This document shows positions 8,900 through 16,830 of a stretch of 64,000 bases of DNA, in pieces (within the stretch, counting starts at the first letter, position 1; each line of letters opens with the position of its first letter). The position numbers and the translations under genes were made by a program. The DNA comes from Defluviitaleaceae bacterium (GTDB taxonomy: Bacteria > Bacillota > Clostridia > Lachnospirales > WRAX01), in the NCBI GenBank assembly GCA_009784615.1, contig WRBJ01000005.1, positions 4,775 through 68,774 on the forward strand, read 5' to 3'. The notes below the pieces were generated by a model. It was not told the origin of the DNA. It did no database searches and was given only the letters and a program-made list of their open reading frames with translations.

Positions 8900-9076
8900 T
8901 TATAAAAGACGGCTTGCTAGGTTTGCACGCTGTTTTTCTTTTTCGGCTTCTAAAAAAATATCGTCTAATGAGATTATAATGCAGTTTTCGCACATACCCA
9001 ACGAATTTATTTCTATAGTGCTAAAACAGCATTGGTAGTGCGTGTTGTAGACGCAAAATGCATTTTCGCATTGCAT
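8900..9076 (-). CDS. 58-aa Cys-rich small protein (MQCENAFCVYNTHYQCCFSTIEINSLGMCENC...), DUF1540-like Cys spacing
   Basis: ATG at 9076 is preceded by GAAAGGTGG plus 10 nt. C-x4-C-x7-CC-x11-C-x2-C pattern. The track ORF 8900-9220 is an upstream extension through the leader. Confidence 0.55.
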   Translation of the reverse strand: MQCENAFCVYNTHYQCCFSTIEINSLGMCENCIIISLDDIFLEAEKEKQRANLASRLL

Positions 9077-9262
9077 AAAAAAATACCACCTTTCAGGTCT
9101 TTTTAAATGTTGAAAGATTTGCTTGACAAATAAGACCTGATGTGATAATATACACTCAAGCCTCCTTTGGGCTGAAGATGCGCTTGTTTGGGTTCTGACT
9201 CTGCAAATAGTGTGACCCAAACAAGCGTTTTTCTTATGACTTCAGCCTTTGAACACCCCTCG
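9077..9262 (-). ncRNA. copy 1 of a conserved structured leader of about 190 nt (unclassified cis-regulatory RNA candidate)
   Basis: Homologous to 29995-30190. On the minus strand, P1 is GGCTGAAG/CTTCAGCC (9240-9247 with 9170-9177). P2 is a 13-bp stem (9181-9193 with 9215-9227). Alternative stems involve 9132-9140. Confidence 0.6.
9123..9151 (+). promoter_or_regulatory. consensus promoter antisense to leader copy 1 (TTGACA-17 bp-TAATAT, TG-extended)
   Basis: TTGACA at 9123-9128, 17-bp spacer, TGaTAATAT with the -10 at 9146-9151. The same element is conserved in copy 2 on the opposite strand. Confidence 0.5.
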
Positions 9263-9268
9263 ACACTG

Positions 9269-9297
9269 ATTATATCTTATTGGTTGGTGTTTGTCAA
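9269..9297 (-). promoter_or_regulatory. consensus sigma-A-type promoter of leader copy 1 (TTGACA-17 bp-TATAAT) with upstream A-tract
   Basis: The minus strand reads AAAAAAATCCCTTGACA-17-TATAAT (plus coordinates: -35 at 9292-9297, -10 at 9269-9274). Confidence 0.65.
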
Positions 9298-9339
9298 GGG
9301 ATTTTTTTGGTTTGGTGGAGTTTTTTGTCAAATTGGCAG

Positions 9340-9367
9340 GTAGGGACACAATATATTGTGTCCCTAC
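9340..9367. repeat. perfect 28-bp palindrome (GTAGGGACACAATATATTGTGTCCCTAC)
   Basis: An 11-bp stem plus a self-complementary ATATAT centre, lying between the dacB-like stop (9376) and module copy 1. No adjacent U-tract on either strand. Confidence 0.8.
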
Positions 9368-9375
9368 GGTTATAT

Positions 9376-10809
9376 TTAGCGGTATTTGTACGATTTTGAC
9401 ATACGGGATTTGCGGTAGATGTTGCGGCGGTTTTTTCTGCGGCGGGTGAAGCGTAGAAATTTTATTATGGCGGCGGTTATTAGCAGTGATGTGGCTATTG
9501 CGATAATGTAAAGGAAAGGGCCTGGGGTTGTTAGCCAGTTTGGCAATGGGATTGGGTCGTTGGTGTTGTAGATGATGTTTGCGATGTTTTGTTGGATGTG
9601 GGTGGTGGAAAGGCTTGTTAGGTCGTTTTGGTTTAGGGCGTTGCCTTCTCTGGCGGTGCGTAGTTCTGTTTCGTGTATTATGCGGTCGCCCAAGGTTAGG
9701 CTAATTCTGCCGACAATGGTATTTTCTGCTATTGGGGCTGTTAGTCTGTTTGGTAGGGTGTAGTTTATTTGGATTTCTTGCGGGTCTATTGTGTTTGGCA
9801 ATGGCAAGATGGCGTTATTTGCGGCATAGACTGGCATATGGTCGATTATTATTGTGCCTTGGTCGGAGCGTTGCACCAAATCTACGAAAAACGAAAAGTC
9901 GCTTGCGGTGTAAAAATTGTGGGTTTCAAATTGCGAAAAGCCATAATTCATTAGACGTATTGTGTCGGCAAAGATTATTTCACGTCTGGGAGCCGACATT
10001 ACAACGGAAATTAGCTCTATACCATCACGCTTGCCGTAGGTTACCAATGTGTGTCCTGCGGGGGTTGTCCAGCCTGTTTTACCGCCGACGATTATTGGTG
10101 AAAATTGGGGCATTGTTGGGCGTACCAGCAGGTTTGTGTTGTCTATTATGCGTGGCTCTGGCTGTAGTTCTGTTGGGTGGATTATGAAGCGTGGCGTGTT
10201 TATTACTTCTACAAATACATCGTGGCGGATGGCTTCACGCATTATTAGGTGCATATCGTATAGGGTTGTTACGTGGTTTGGGTCGTGCAAGCCGTGGGCG
10301 TTTGTGAAATTGGTGTTTACGGCACCTAGTTCGTGCGCACGGTTGGTCATCATCTGTGCAAATGTTTCCATATCGCCTGCTACAAATTCTGCAATGGCGT
10401 TTGAAACGTCGTTTGCGCTGGGTAACATAATGGCGTATAGAGCTTGTAAGACGGTTAAGGTTTCGCTTGGGCTCATATAAATATGGCTGGAATTGCGAGG
10501 GATGCTAAAGACGGCATCACGTGAATGGAAAATTCTGTCGGTTAGGTCTGCGCCGCTTTCGATTAGAAGTAGGGCAGTCATTACCTTTGTCATACTGGCG
10601 GGATAAGTTGGGGCGTTAATGTCGCCGTTTTCGTGCAAAATAACGCCTGTTGCGGCGCATACTATTATGCCGAAAGGGGCTTCTAAATTTAGTAGCGGTG
10701 GAGCGGCGGCTTCTTCGTTATCGTCGGCAAAAATTGTAAAGGGCGCGAAAATGCCGCTTGCAATGGCTATTATCAAAAAATATATTAAAATTTTGCTTAT
10801 TTTTCGCAT
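9376..10809 (-). CDS. D-alanyl-D-alanine carboxypeptidase (peptidase S11, low-molecular-weight PBP) with a C-terminal membrane anchor
   Basis: SMTK (SxxK), SAN (SxN) and KTG motifs, an N-terminal signal/TM segment and a basic C-terminal tail. Confidence 0.88.
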   Translation of the reverse strand: MRKISKILIYFLIIAIASGIFAPFTIFADDNEEAAAPPLLNLEAPFGIIVCAATGVILHENGDINAPTYPASMTKVMTALLLIESGADLTDRIFHSRDAVFSIPRNSSHIYMSPSETLTVLQALYAIMLPSANDVSNAIAEFVAGDMETFAQMMTNRAHELGAVNTNFTNAHGLHDPNHVTTLYDMHLIMREAIRHDVFVEVINTPRFIIHPTELQPEPRIIDNTNLLVRPTMPQFSPIIVGGKTGWTTPAGHTLVTYGKRDGIELISVVMSAPRREIIFADTIRLMNYGFSQFETHNFYTASDFSFFVDLVQRSDQGTIIIDHMPVYAANNAILPLPNTIDPQEIQINYTLPNRLTAPIAENTIVGRISLTLGDRIIHETELRTAREGNALNQNDLTSLSTTHIQQNIANIIYNTNDPIPLPNWLTTPGPFLYIIAIATSLLITAAIIKFLRFTRRRKNRRNIYRKSRMSKSYKYR

Positions 10810-10891
10810 AGGTCTTTCCTTTCATCGCAAAGTCTGCTATAATAGAATATTATCATTTTAATTAAAATTTAAACATTGCTGGAGGTTGAAT

Positions 10892-11251
10892 ATGAACGAG
10901 ATTTTAACAAATGGCGGTATTGGGCAAATACGCATATCTGACGAGGTTTTGGCTATTATTGCGGGTACGGCGGCACTTGAGATTGAGGGTGTTGCGGCGC
11001 ACGGAGGCAAAAACTTTGCAAGAGGCGTAAAAGTGAGCATTGATGAGGCTGGCGTTACTGTTGCTATATCTATTATGGTGAAATTTGGGAATAAAATTCA
11101 TAAAGTTTCTGAAGAAGTGCAAAAGCGCATTGCGACTGCGCTTGAAACTATGGTCGGGATGAAGGTTGTGGAGGTTAATGTTACTGTGGCGGGCTTGCGC
11201 CTAGAAAAACCACAGCGCAGCCTGCCAAGCGTAAGAAGGAGAGGCAAATAA
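10892..11251 (+). CDS. Asp23/Gls24-family alkaline shock protein
   Basis: ISDEVLAIIAGTAALEIEGV motif. GGAGG lies 6 nt upstream of ATG 10892. Conserved position before nusB. Confidence 0.85.
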   Translation: MNEILTNGGIGQIRISDEVLAIIAGTAALEIEGVAAHGGKNFARGVKVSIDEAGVTVAISIMVKFGNKIHKVSEEVQKRIATALETMVGMKVVEVNVTVAGLRLEKPQRSLPSVRRRGK

Positions 11252-11694
11252 TGAGCCGCAAAAACGACAGAAAACACGCATTATGCTTGGTTTTTACGCT
11301 AGACTTTAACGTAGAAAATGAGCTTGATTATTATGCCGAAAAATTTGCAAAAGACGCAGTTGAAACGGGTATTAGCGAACTTGGTTATGTGCAGACGATT
11401 GTAGATGGTGTTAAGGCAAATATGAATAAAATTGACAATCTTATTGATGAAGCCGCTGAAGGATGGGAGTTTAAGCGTCTTTCTAAGATTGACAAGGCAA
11501 TAATGCGGGTTTGTGTTTATGAAATTATATATATGGACAGTGTTTCGGCGGCGATTGCGATAAATGAGGCGGTGGAGCTTGCAAAGGAGTATTCTACAGA
11601 TGAAGCACCTAAGTTTATTAATGGCATTGTTAGCCGTATAAACCGCAATTTGAGCGATTTGGAGCAGATGGAGCAAGGCGATAATGCAAATTAA
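11251..11694 (+). CDS. nusB: transcription antitermination factor NusB
   Basis: 147 aa, NusB-like (AIMRVCVYEI, INEAVELAKEY, KFINGIV). Confidence 0.92.
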   Translation: MSRKNDRKHALCLVFTLDFNVENELDYYAEKFAKDAVETGISELGYVQTIVDGVKANMNKIDNLIDEAAEGWEFKRLSKIDKAIMRVCVYEIIYMDSVSAAIAINEAVELAKEYSTDEAPKFINGIVSRINRNLSDLEQMEQGDNAN

Positions 11695-12796
11695 ATCATA
11701 TCCAGTATCAAAAATAGTTGAATATATGCAAAACCTGCTTGAAGATGATATGCTTTTGAATAGTCTTTGGATAGATGGCGAAATTTCGGGTATTTCTCGC
11801 CCATCCAGCGGGCATATTTTCTTTGACCTTAAAGATGAGTATGCCGTGTTGAAGTCTGTGGTGTTTAAAGCAAATGCGGATGAGATTGTTTTTGCGCCGA
11901 AAAATGGGGATTTTGTGCGTATTTATGGGCGTATATCGCTTTATAAAAAGACGGGCGATGTTCGGTTTATTGGCGAGTTTATGGATTTGGTAGGGCAGGG
12001 TGTTATCAAGCAGGATTTGGACGCATTGAAGGAAAAATTGCTTGCTGAAGGTGTGTTTGAAAATAGACGGGCATTGCCAAAATATCCTGAGAAAATCGCA
12101 ATTGTAACGTCGCCTACGGGTGCTGTTATCCAAGATATGTTGAAGGTTATACGCAAGCGCAATTCTGCTGTTAAAATTGTGCTTGTTCCTGTTGTTGTGC
12201 AAGGCGAAAATGCTGTAGATGAGATTGCGGCGGGCGTTGCGCTTGCTAATGCAAAAAGCGGTGCTGATGTGATTATTATTGGGCGTGGCGGCGGTAGCGC
12301 AGAGGATTTGGCGGCGTTTAACAGCGAAGTTGTGGCACGTGCAGTATTTAATTCTAAAATACCCATTGTGTCTGCCGTGGGACACGAAACCAATTTTTCG
12401 TTATGCGATTTGGCGGCGGATTTGCGTTGCGCTACACCTACAGAAGCGGCTGTGGTTGTAACGCCCGATTATGCCGAAATGATAGGCTTTTTGCGTGGGT
12501 CAATAGAAGATATGCAATATGTATTTAAAAAACGCCTTGACAATGCTAATAATTTGCTTAAAAGTCGTAAAGACACGCTAAATTATTGTATTAATGGACG
12601 GCTGGATAATGCAAAACGTAACTTGATTGTAAAAAGTGAAATTTTGGAAAAAATATCACCAATGGCGGTTTTGCGGCGTGGGTTTGTGGTTGTTGAGGAT
12701 GAAAGTGGCGTTGTAAAGCAAGGAGCAACACTAAATAGCGGGCAGAAAATTGCATTGAATTTTAGTGATACAAAAAGGGATGCGGTGATTGTATGA
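11684..12796 (+). CDS. xseA: exodeoxyribonuclease VII large subunit
   Basis: OB-fold N-terminus and the conserved IITSPTGA-like/GRGGGS core (VTSPTGAVIQD, IIGRGGGSAEDL). Confidence 0.93.
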   Translation: MQIKSYPVSKIVEYMQNLLEDDMLLNSLWIDGEISGISRPSSGHIFFDLKDEYAVLKSVVFKANADEIVFAPKNGDFVRIYGRISLYKKTGDVRFIGEFMDLVGQGVIKQDLDALKEKLLAEGVFENRRALPKYPEKIAIVTSPTGAVIQDMLKVIRKRNSAVKIVLVPVVVQGENAVDEIAAGVALANAKSGADVIIIGRGGGSAEDLAAFNSEVVARAVFNSKIPIVSAVGHETNFSLCDLAADLRCATPTEAAVVVTPDYAEMIGFLRGSIEDMQYVFKKRLDNANNLLKSRKDTLNYCINGRLDNAKRNLIVKSEILEKISPMAVLRRGFVVVEDESGVVKQGATLNSGQKIALNFSDTKRDAVIV

Positions 12797-12984
12797 AAGA
12801 TTTTGAGAAAAAATTGCAACGATTGGATGAAATTATTGCACAAATTGAAAGCAATGAAACACTGGCAGATGCTTTAGAACTATACAAAGAAGGAATAGCT
12901 TTGGCGGCGGAAGCAGGCAATGCTTTAAATATGATAGATAAAGAAATTCAAGTTTTGGAAAAGGGGGATGAAAATGAGCTTTAA
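12793..12984 (+). CDS. xseB: exodeoxyribonuclease VII small subunit
   Basis: 63 aa with FEKKLQRLDEIIAQIE and LYKEG motifs. Overlaps the xseA stop. Confidence 0.9.
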   Translation: MKDFEKKLQRLDEIIAQIESNETLADALELYKEGIALAAEAGNALNMIDKEIQVLEKGDENEL

Positions 12985-13786
12985 TGTGGAAATGAACGAA
13001 AAAATACAAAAAATAGAAAATGAATTGAAGAAATATATAGACGAGCTAAATTGCCCTGCACAGCTAAAAGAAGCTATGGAGTACAGCCTTTTTACGGGCG
13101 GCAAGCGGCTTCGCCCAGTTATATTGCTTGCTGTGTGCGAGATGCTGGGTGGCGAGGACGAGGCGGCATTGCCTTTTGCTGCTGCTCTTGAAATGATACA
13201 TACATATTCGCTTATACACGACGATTTGCCTGCTATGGATGATGACGATATGCGCCGTGGCAAACCTACAAATCATAAGGTTTTTGGTGAAGGAATTGCT
13301 ATACTTTCTGGCGATGCTTTGCTTAATTACGCCTACGAAATAATGGCAGATTTCTGCCTTTTGCACGAAGAAGCAAATATGCTTGAAGCAATGAGCAAAA
13401 TCGCACGTTATGCGGGTGCCAGCGGTATGATTGGTGGGCAAGTGATGGATATAGACTTATCAAACCCGACACGTGAACAACTTGCGTATATTGATGCCAA
13501 TAAGACCGCAAAGCTCTTTATGGCGGCGTTTGCGGCGGGTGCTTTATGTGCTTTTCGTGATGAAGATACGGTTGCTAAAATGGAAAATATAGGGCGCAAT
13601 TTTGGGCTTGCCTTCCAATTGTTGGATGATATTACCGATAATTCGCCAAGCCTTTCTGTTTGGGGTAAGGAAAATGCCGAAAAAGCTCTTATTAGTTTGA
13701 TTTGGGAAGTTACGGCTAACCTTAAAGAAATCGAAGGCAGTGATTTTTTAATCGACTTAGTAAGCTATGTTGCGGCAAAACAATAG
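12968..13786 (+). CDS. ispA: polyprenyl (farnesyl/geranylgeranyl) diphosphate synthase
   Basis: First DDxxD-type motif IHDDLPAMDDDDMRRG and second motif LLDDITD. Confidence 0.9.
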   Translation: MKMSFNVEMNEKIQKIENELKKYIDELNCPAQLKEAMEYSLFTGGKRLRPVILLAVCEMLGGEDEAALPFAAALEMIHTYSLIHDDLPAMDDDDMRRGKPTNHKVFGEGIAILSGDALLNYAYEIMADFCLLHEEANMLEAMSKIARYAGASGMIGGQVMDIDLSNPTREQLAYIDANKTAKLFMAAFAAGALCAFRDEDTVAKMENIGRNFGLAFQLLDDITDNSPSLSVWGKENAEKALISLIWEVTANLKEIEGSDFLIDLVSYVAAKQ

Positions 13787-13795
13787 GAGGAGAGA

Positions 13796-14347
13796 ATGTC
13801 AAATATATACGAAAAATGCCCCATTTTAGAAACTGAAAATTTTATATTTAGGCTTGTAGAAATTGGCGATGCTGAAGATTTGCTTGCGTGCTACAGCGAC
13901 CCAAAAGCGCAAGAGCTATTTAATATTGATAATTTTCCAAGCGATTGTTGTCTTTATACTGTTGAAGAAATGATGAAGCAAATTGAATTTTGGCTAATGG
14001 AATATGCCAGCCAAGCATACATAAGGTTTGCGGTGATTGATAAATTGACAAACAAGGCAATTGGCACTATTGAAATGTTTGGAATGGTTGGTGCATATAA
14101 AACCGAGATTGGGTTATTGCGCATAGATTTGGCTTCGCCCTATGAAAACGTAGTGATTTTGAGGGAAATAATAATTATGTGTATTAAAAATTTTTATGAT
14201 ATATTTGAGGTTGCTACTATTGCAACAAAAGCGATGCCTAAAGCTATAGAGCGTATTAAAGTTTTGATAGAAGTGGGATTTTGTGAAGAAGATTTTAAAG
14301 GTAGACGAAATTATTTCTTACGTAAGAAAAAAGGGGTGTTGGTATGA
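13796..14347 (+). CDS. GNAT-family N-acetyltransferase (RimJ/RimL-like)
   Basis: N-terminal LETENFIFRLVEIGDAEDL pattern typical of RimJ-type GNATs. 183 aa. Confidence 0.55.
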   Translation: MSNIYEKCPILETENFIFRLVEIGDAEDLLACYSDPKAQELFNIDNFPSDCCLYTVEEMMKQIEFWLMEYASQAYIRFAVIDKLTNKAIGTIEMFGMVGAYKTEIGLLRIDLASPYENVVILREIIIMCIKNFYDIFEVATIATKAMPKAIERIKVLIEVGFCEEDFKGRRNYFLRKKKGVLV

Positions 14348-14910
14348 GAAAGATAATTATATCGTTTACAATTTTGTTGGCATTGGTCGCTTTGGCGGCT
14401 TGTGGTAATCGCAACCAAATTCACGAATTGTATTTTAATTATGTATCCAATCAGCTTTTCAATTATGCAACGCATACATCCGATATGGTGTCTAGTTCAC
14501 GAGAGATGACTGCGTCGGAGATTGACAGTCTTTTTGGCGATGTTCCAATTGATATTGTGCAAAGTTTTGTCATATTTGGGCACGAGCAAAATGCGTTTTT
14601 GGCTATGCTTATTGGACGCGAGATGATAAGAGTCGTTGTTAGCGATGATATGCCGCAACATCCAGCCTATGACGACGCTACGACGACATATGTGCACGGC
14701 ATACAAACCAAATCATTTGTTAATGCGCATATAAGCTGGGGACAAGGTTATAACGGCGCATATACCGTAATTTCGACATTTTGGATGGACGGATATTCGT
14801 ATTTTGTCGAAGCGGAAACATTTTACCCAGATGAGGCAAAACAGTTGATAACGAAGGTTGTCAACAGCCTAATACTAAACCCCGTGGATTTAAGAGGCAT
14901 TGAAGATTAA
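14344..14910 (+). CDS. hypothetical lipoprotein
   Basis: Signal peptide with the lipobox LAAC. No family recognised. Confidence 0.5.
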   Translation: MRKIIISFTILLALVALAACGNRNQIHELYFNYVSNQLFNYATHTSDMVSSSREMTASEIDSLFGDVPIDIVQSFVIFGHEQNAFLAMLIGREMIRVVVSDDMPQHPAYDDATTTYVHGIQTKSFVNAHISWGQGYNGAYTVISTFWMDGYSYFVEAETFYPDEAKQLITKVVNSLILNPVDLRGIED

Positions 14911-14958
14911 AACTGAGATTGCGGGTTGTAAGCTCGCAATGACTGGTGAGGTTGAGTT

Positions 14959-16830
14959 ATGAGATATTTGGACAAGGCGGATAGCCCGCAGGATTTAAAA
15001 CGGTTTACGGTGCGGCAGCTTTCGGGACTTGCGACAGAAATGCGTGATTTTTTGGTGCAGTCGGTGGCAAAAACGGGCGGACATTTGGGTAGTAATCTAG
15101 GTGTTGTAGAGCTTGCCATTGCGTTGCATTATTGTATGGATTCGCCTGTGGACAAGTTGATTTGGGACGTTGGACATCAATGCTATCCTCATAAAATTTT
15201 AACTGGACGTAGAGAGCAGTTTGATACTTTGCGCCAATTTGGTGGGATGAGCGGCTTTATAAAATCCAGCGAAAGCCCGCACGATGTGTTTGATGTTGGG
15301 CATAGCTCTACTTCGTTGTCTGTGGCGCATGGAATAGCGGTTTCGCGGGATTTAAAAGGCGAAAATTATCGGGTTGCCGCAGTGATTGGTGATGGTGCGT
15401 TAACAAGCGGGCTTGCGCTTGAAGGACTTAATAATCTTGGACAATCAAAATCTAATGTTTTGGTTGTATTAAATGACAATCAAATGTCTATATCCGAGAA
15501 TGTTGGGGCGATGAGCAAATATCTTAATAATATGCGTACTGCACCCAGTTATATCAATGTAAAAAATGATGTTCGCCGTTTATTAGAGCGTTTTCCTAAA
15601 GGCGGGCAAATTACACAAAATGTGCTTGGCAAAACCCGCACAAGATTAAAATATACTTTGCTACAAGGAGTATTATTTGAGGAATTGGGCTTTAAATATT
15701 ATGGACCAATTGATGGGCATAATTTAGGTCATTTGGTGGATGTTTTGGGCAGATTGCAGGATGTTAAAGGGCCGGTACTGCTACACGTAATGACGCAAAA
15801 AGGTAAAGGATATGCGCCTGCAGAGCGTCAAGCAATGAAATTCCACGGCATAGAACCCTTTGACCCAAGAACGGGTGAAACTTTAAATAAAGAAAAAAAG
15901 ACAACATATACAGATGTTTTTTCAATGAAAATGGTTGATTTGGGGCGGCATAATGAGGATATAGCGACAGTTACAGCGGCTATGCCATCTGGCACTGGGC
16001 TTACAGAATTTAAAAAACATTACCCTAAGCGGTTTTTTGATGTAGGTATTGCAGAAAGCCACGCTGTAACCTTTGCAGCGGCTATGGCAAAAAATGGATT
16101 AAGACCTATTGTGGCAATTTATTCTACATTTTTGCAGCGTGCATATGACCAGTTGCTACACGATATTTGTATTCAAAATTTACCCGTTGTTTTTGCACTT
16201 GATAGAAGCGGCATAGTGGCGGCTGATGGTGAAACACATCAGGGGATTTTTGATTTGTCGTATTTGGCGCATATGCCTAATATGACGGTGCTTGCGCCCC
16301 GTAATGCGGTGGAACTTGAGGCTATGATGGATTTTGCGGTGGAGCATAGCGGACCTGTTGCGATACGATATGCCAAAGACGAGGTATGTAAAGCCTATAA
16401 AGACAAGTTTTCGCCAATTGAGTATGGAGAATGGGAAGTTTTGGAATTTAATGAAGCTAATAAAATTGCGATTTTGGCGGTTGGGTCGATGGTAGGCAAA
16501 GCGGCGAAAGTCAGAGAGAAAATGATTGAGGCGGGATATAATGTAAGCCTTATAAACCCACGTTTTGTTTCGCCTATTTTACCGCAATCGGTTAAATCTT
16601 TATGTGGTTATGAACATATTTTGGTAATGGAAGAAAATGTAATTAGCGGAGGCTTTGGGCAACACATTATATCAGAGCTTTCGGCGGCAAAAATTAATGA
16701 ACCAAAAGTGCATATTTTTGGGGTTGACGGGGTTTTTCCGCCGCAAGGCACTAGGGATGAAATTTTTGCATATCTAAAATTGGATGTGCAATCTATGTAT
16801 GAAAAAATTGTGGGGATTATTAATGGATAA
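14959..16830 (+). CDS. dxs: 1-deoxy-D-xylulose-5-phosphate synthase
   Basis: GHSSTS and GDGALTSG (TPP-binding) motifs. 623 aa. Confidence 0.96.
   Translation: MRYLDKADSPQDLKRFTVRQLSGLATEMRDFLVQSVAKTGGHLGSNLGVVELAIALHYCMDSPVDKLIWDVGHQCYPHKILTGRREQFDTLRQFGGMSGFIKSSESPHDVFDVGHSSTSLSVAHGIAVSRDLKGENYRVAAVIGDGALTSGLALEGLNNLGQSKSNVLVVLNDNQMSISENVGAMSKYLNNMRTAPSYINVKNDVRRLLERFPKGGQITQNVLGKTRTRLKYTLLQGVLFEELGFKYYGPIDGHNLGHLVDVLGRLQDVKGPVLLHVMTQKGKGYAPAERQAMKFHGIEPFDPRTGETLNKEKKTTYTDVFSMKMVDLGRHNEDIATVTAAMPSGTGLTEFKKHYPKRFFDVGIAESHAVTFAAAMAKNGLRPIVAIYSTFLQRAYDQLLHDICIQNLPVVFALDRSGIVAADGETHQGIFDLSYLAHMPNMTVLAPRNAVELEAMMDFAVEHSGPVAIRYAKDEVCKAYKDKFSPIEYGEWEVLEFNEANKIAILAVGSMVGKAAKVREKMIEAGYNVSLINPRFVSPILPQSVKSLCGYEHILVMEENVISGGFGQHIISELSAAKINEPKVHIFGVDGVFPPQGTRDEIFAYLKLDVQSMYEKIVGIING

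Noticed and set aside
9077-9220. N-terminal extension of the Cys-rich ORF (track ORF 8900-9220), and candidate upstream ORFs starting after the decoy SD in both leaders (GTG at 9153 on the minus strand; GTG at 30100)
   Set aside because: The two module copies differ by several 1-nt indels in this stretch, so no reading frame is conserved between them. The 24 nt before the internal ATG, with GAAAGGTGG, are identical in both copies, marking the real start.
9572-10480. Several 60-151-aa plus-strand ORFs inside the dacB-like gene
   Set aside because: The minus strand carries the SxxK/SxN/KTG motifs of a penicillin-binding carboxypeptidase. The plus-strand ORFs are Cys/Leu/Arg-rich and have no start context.
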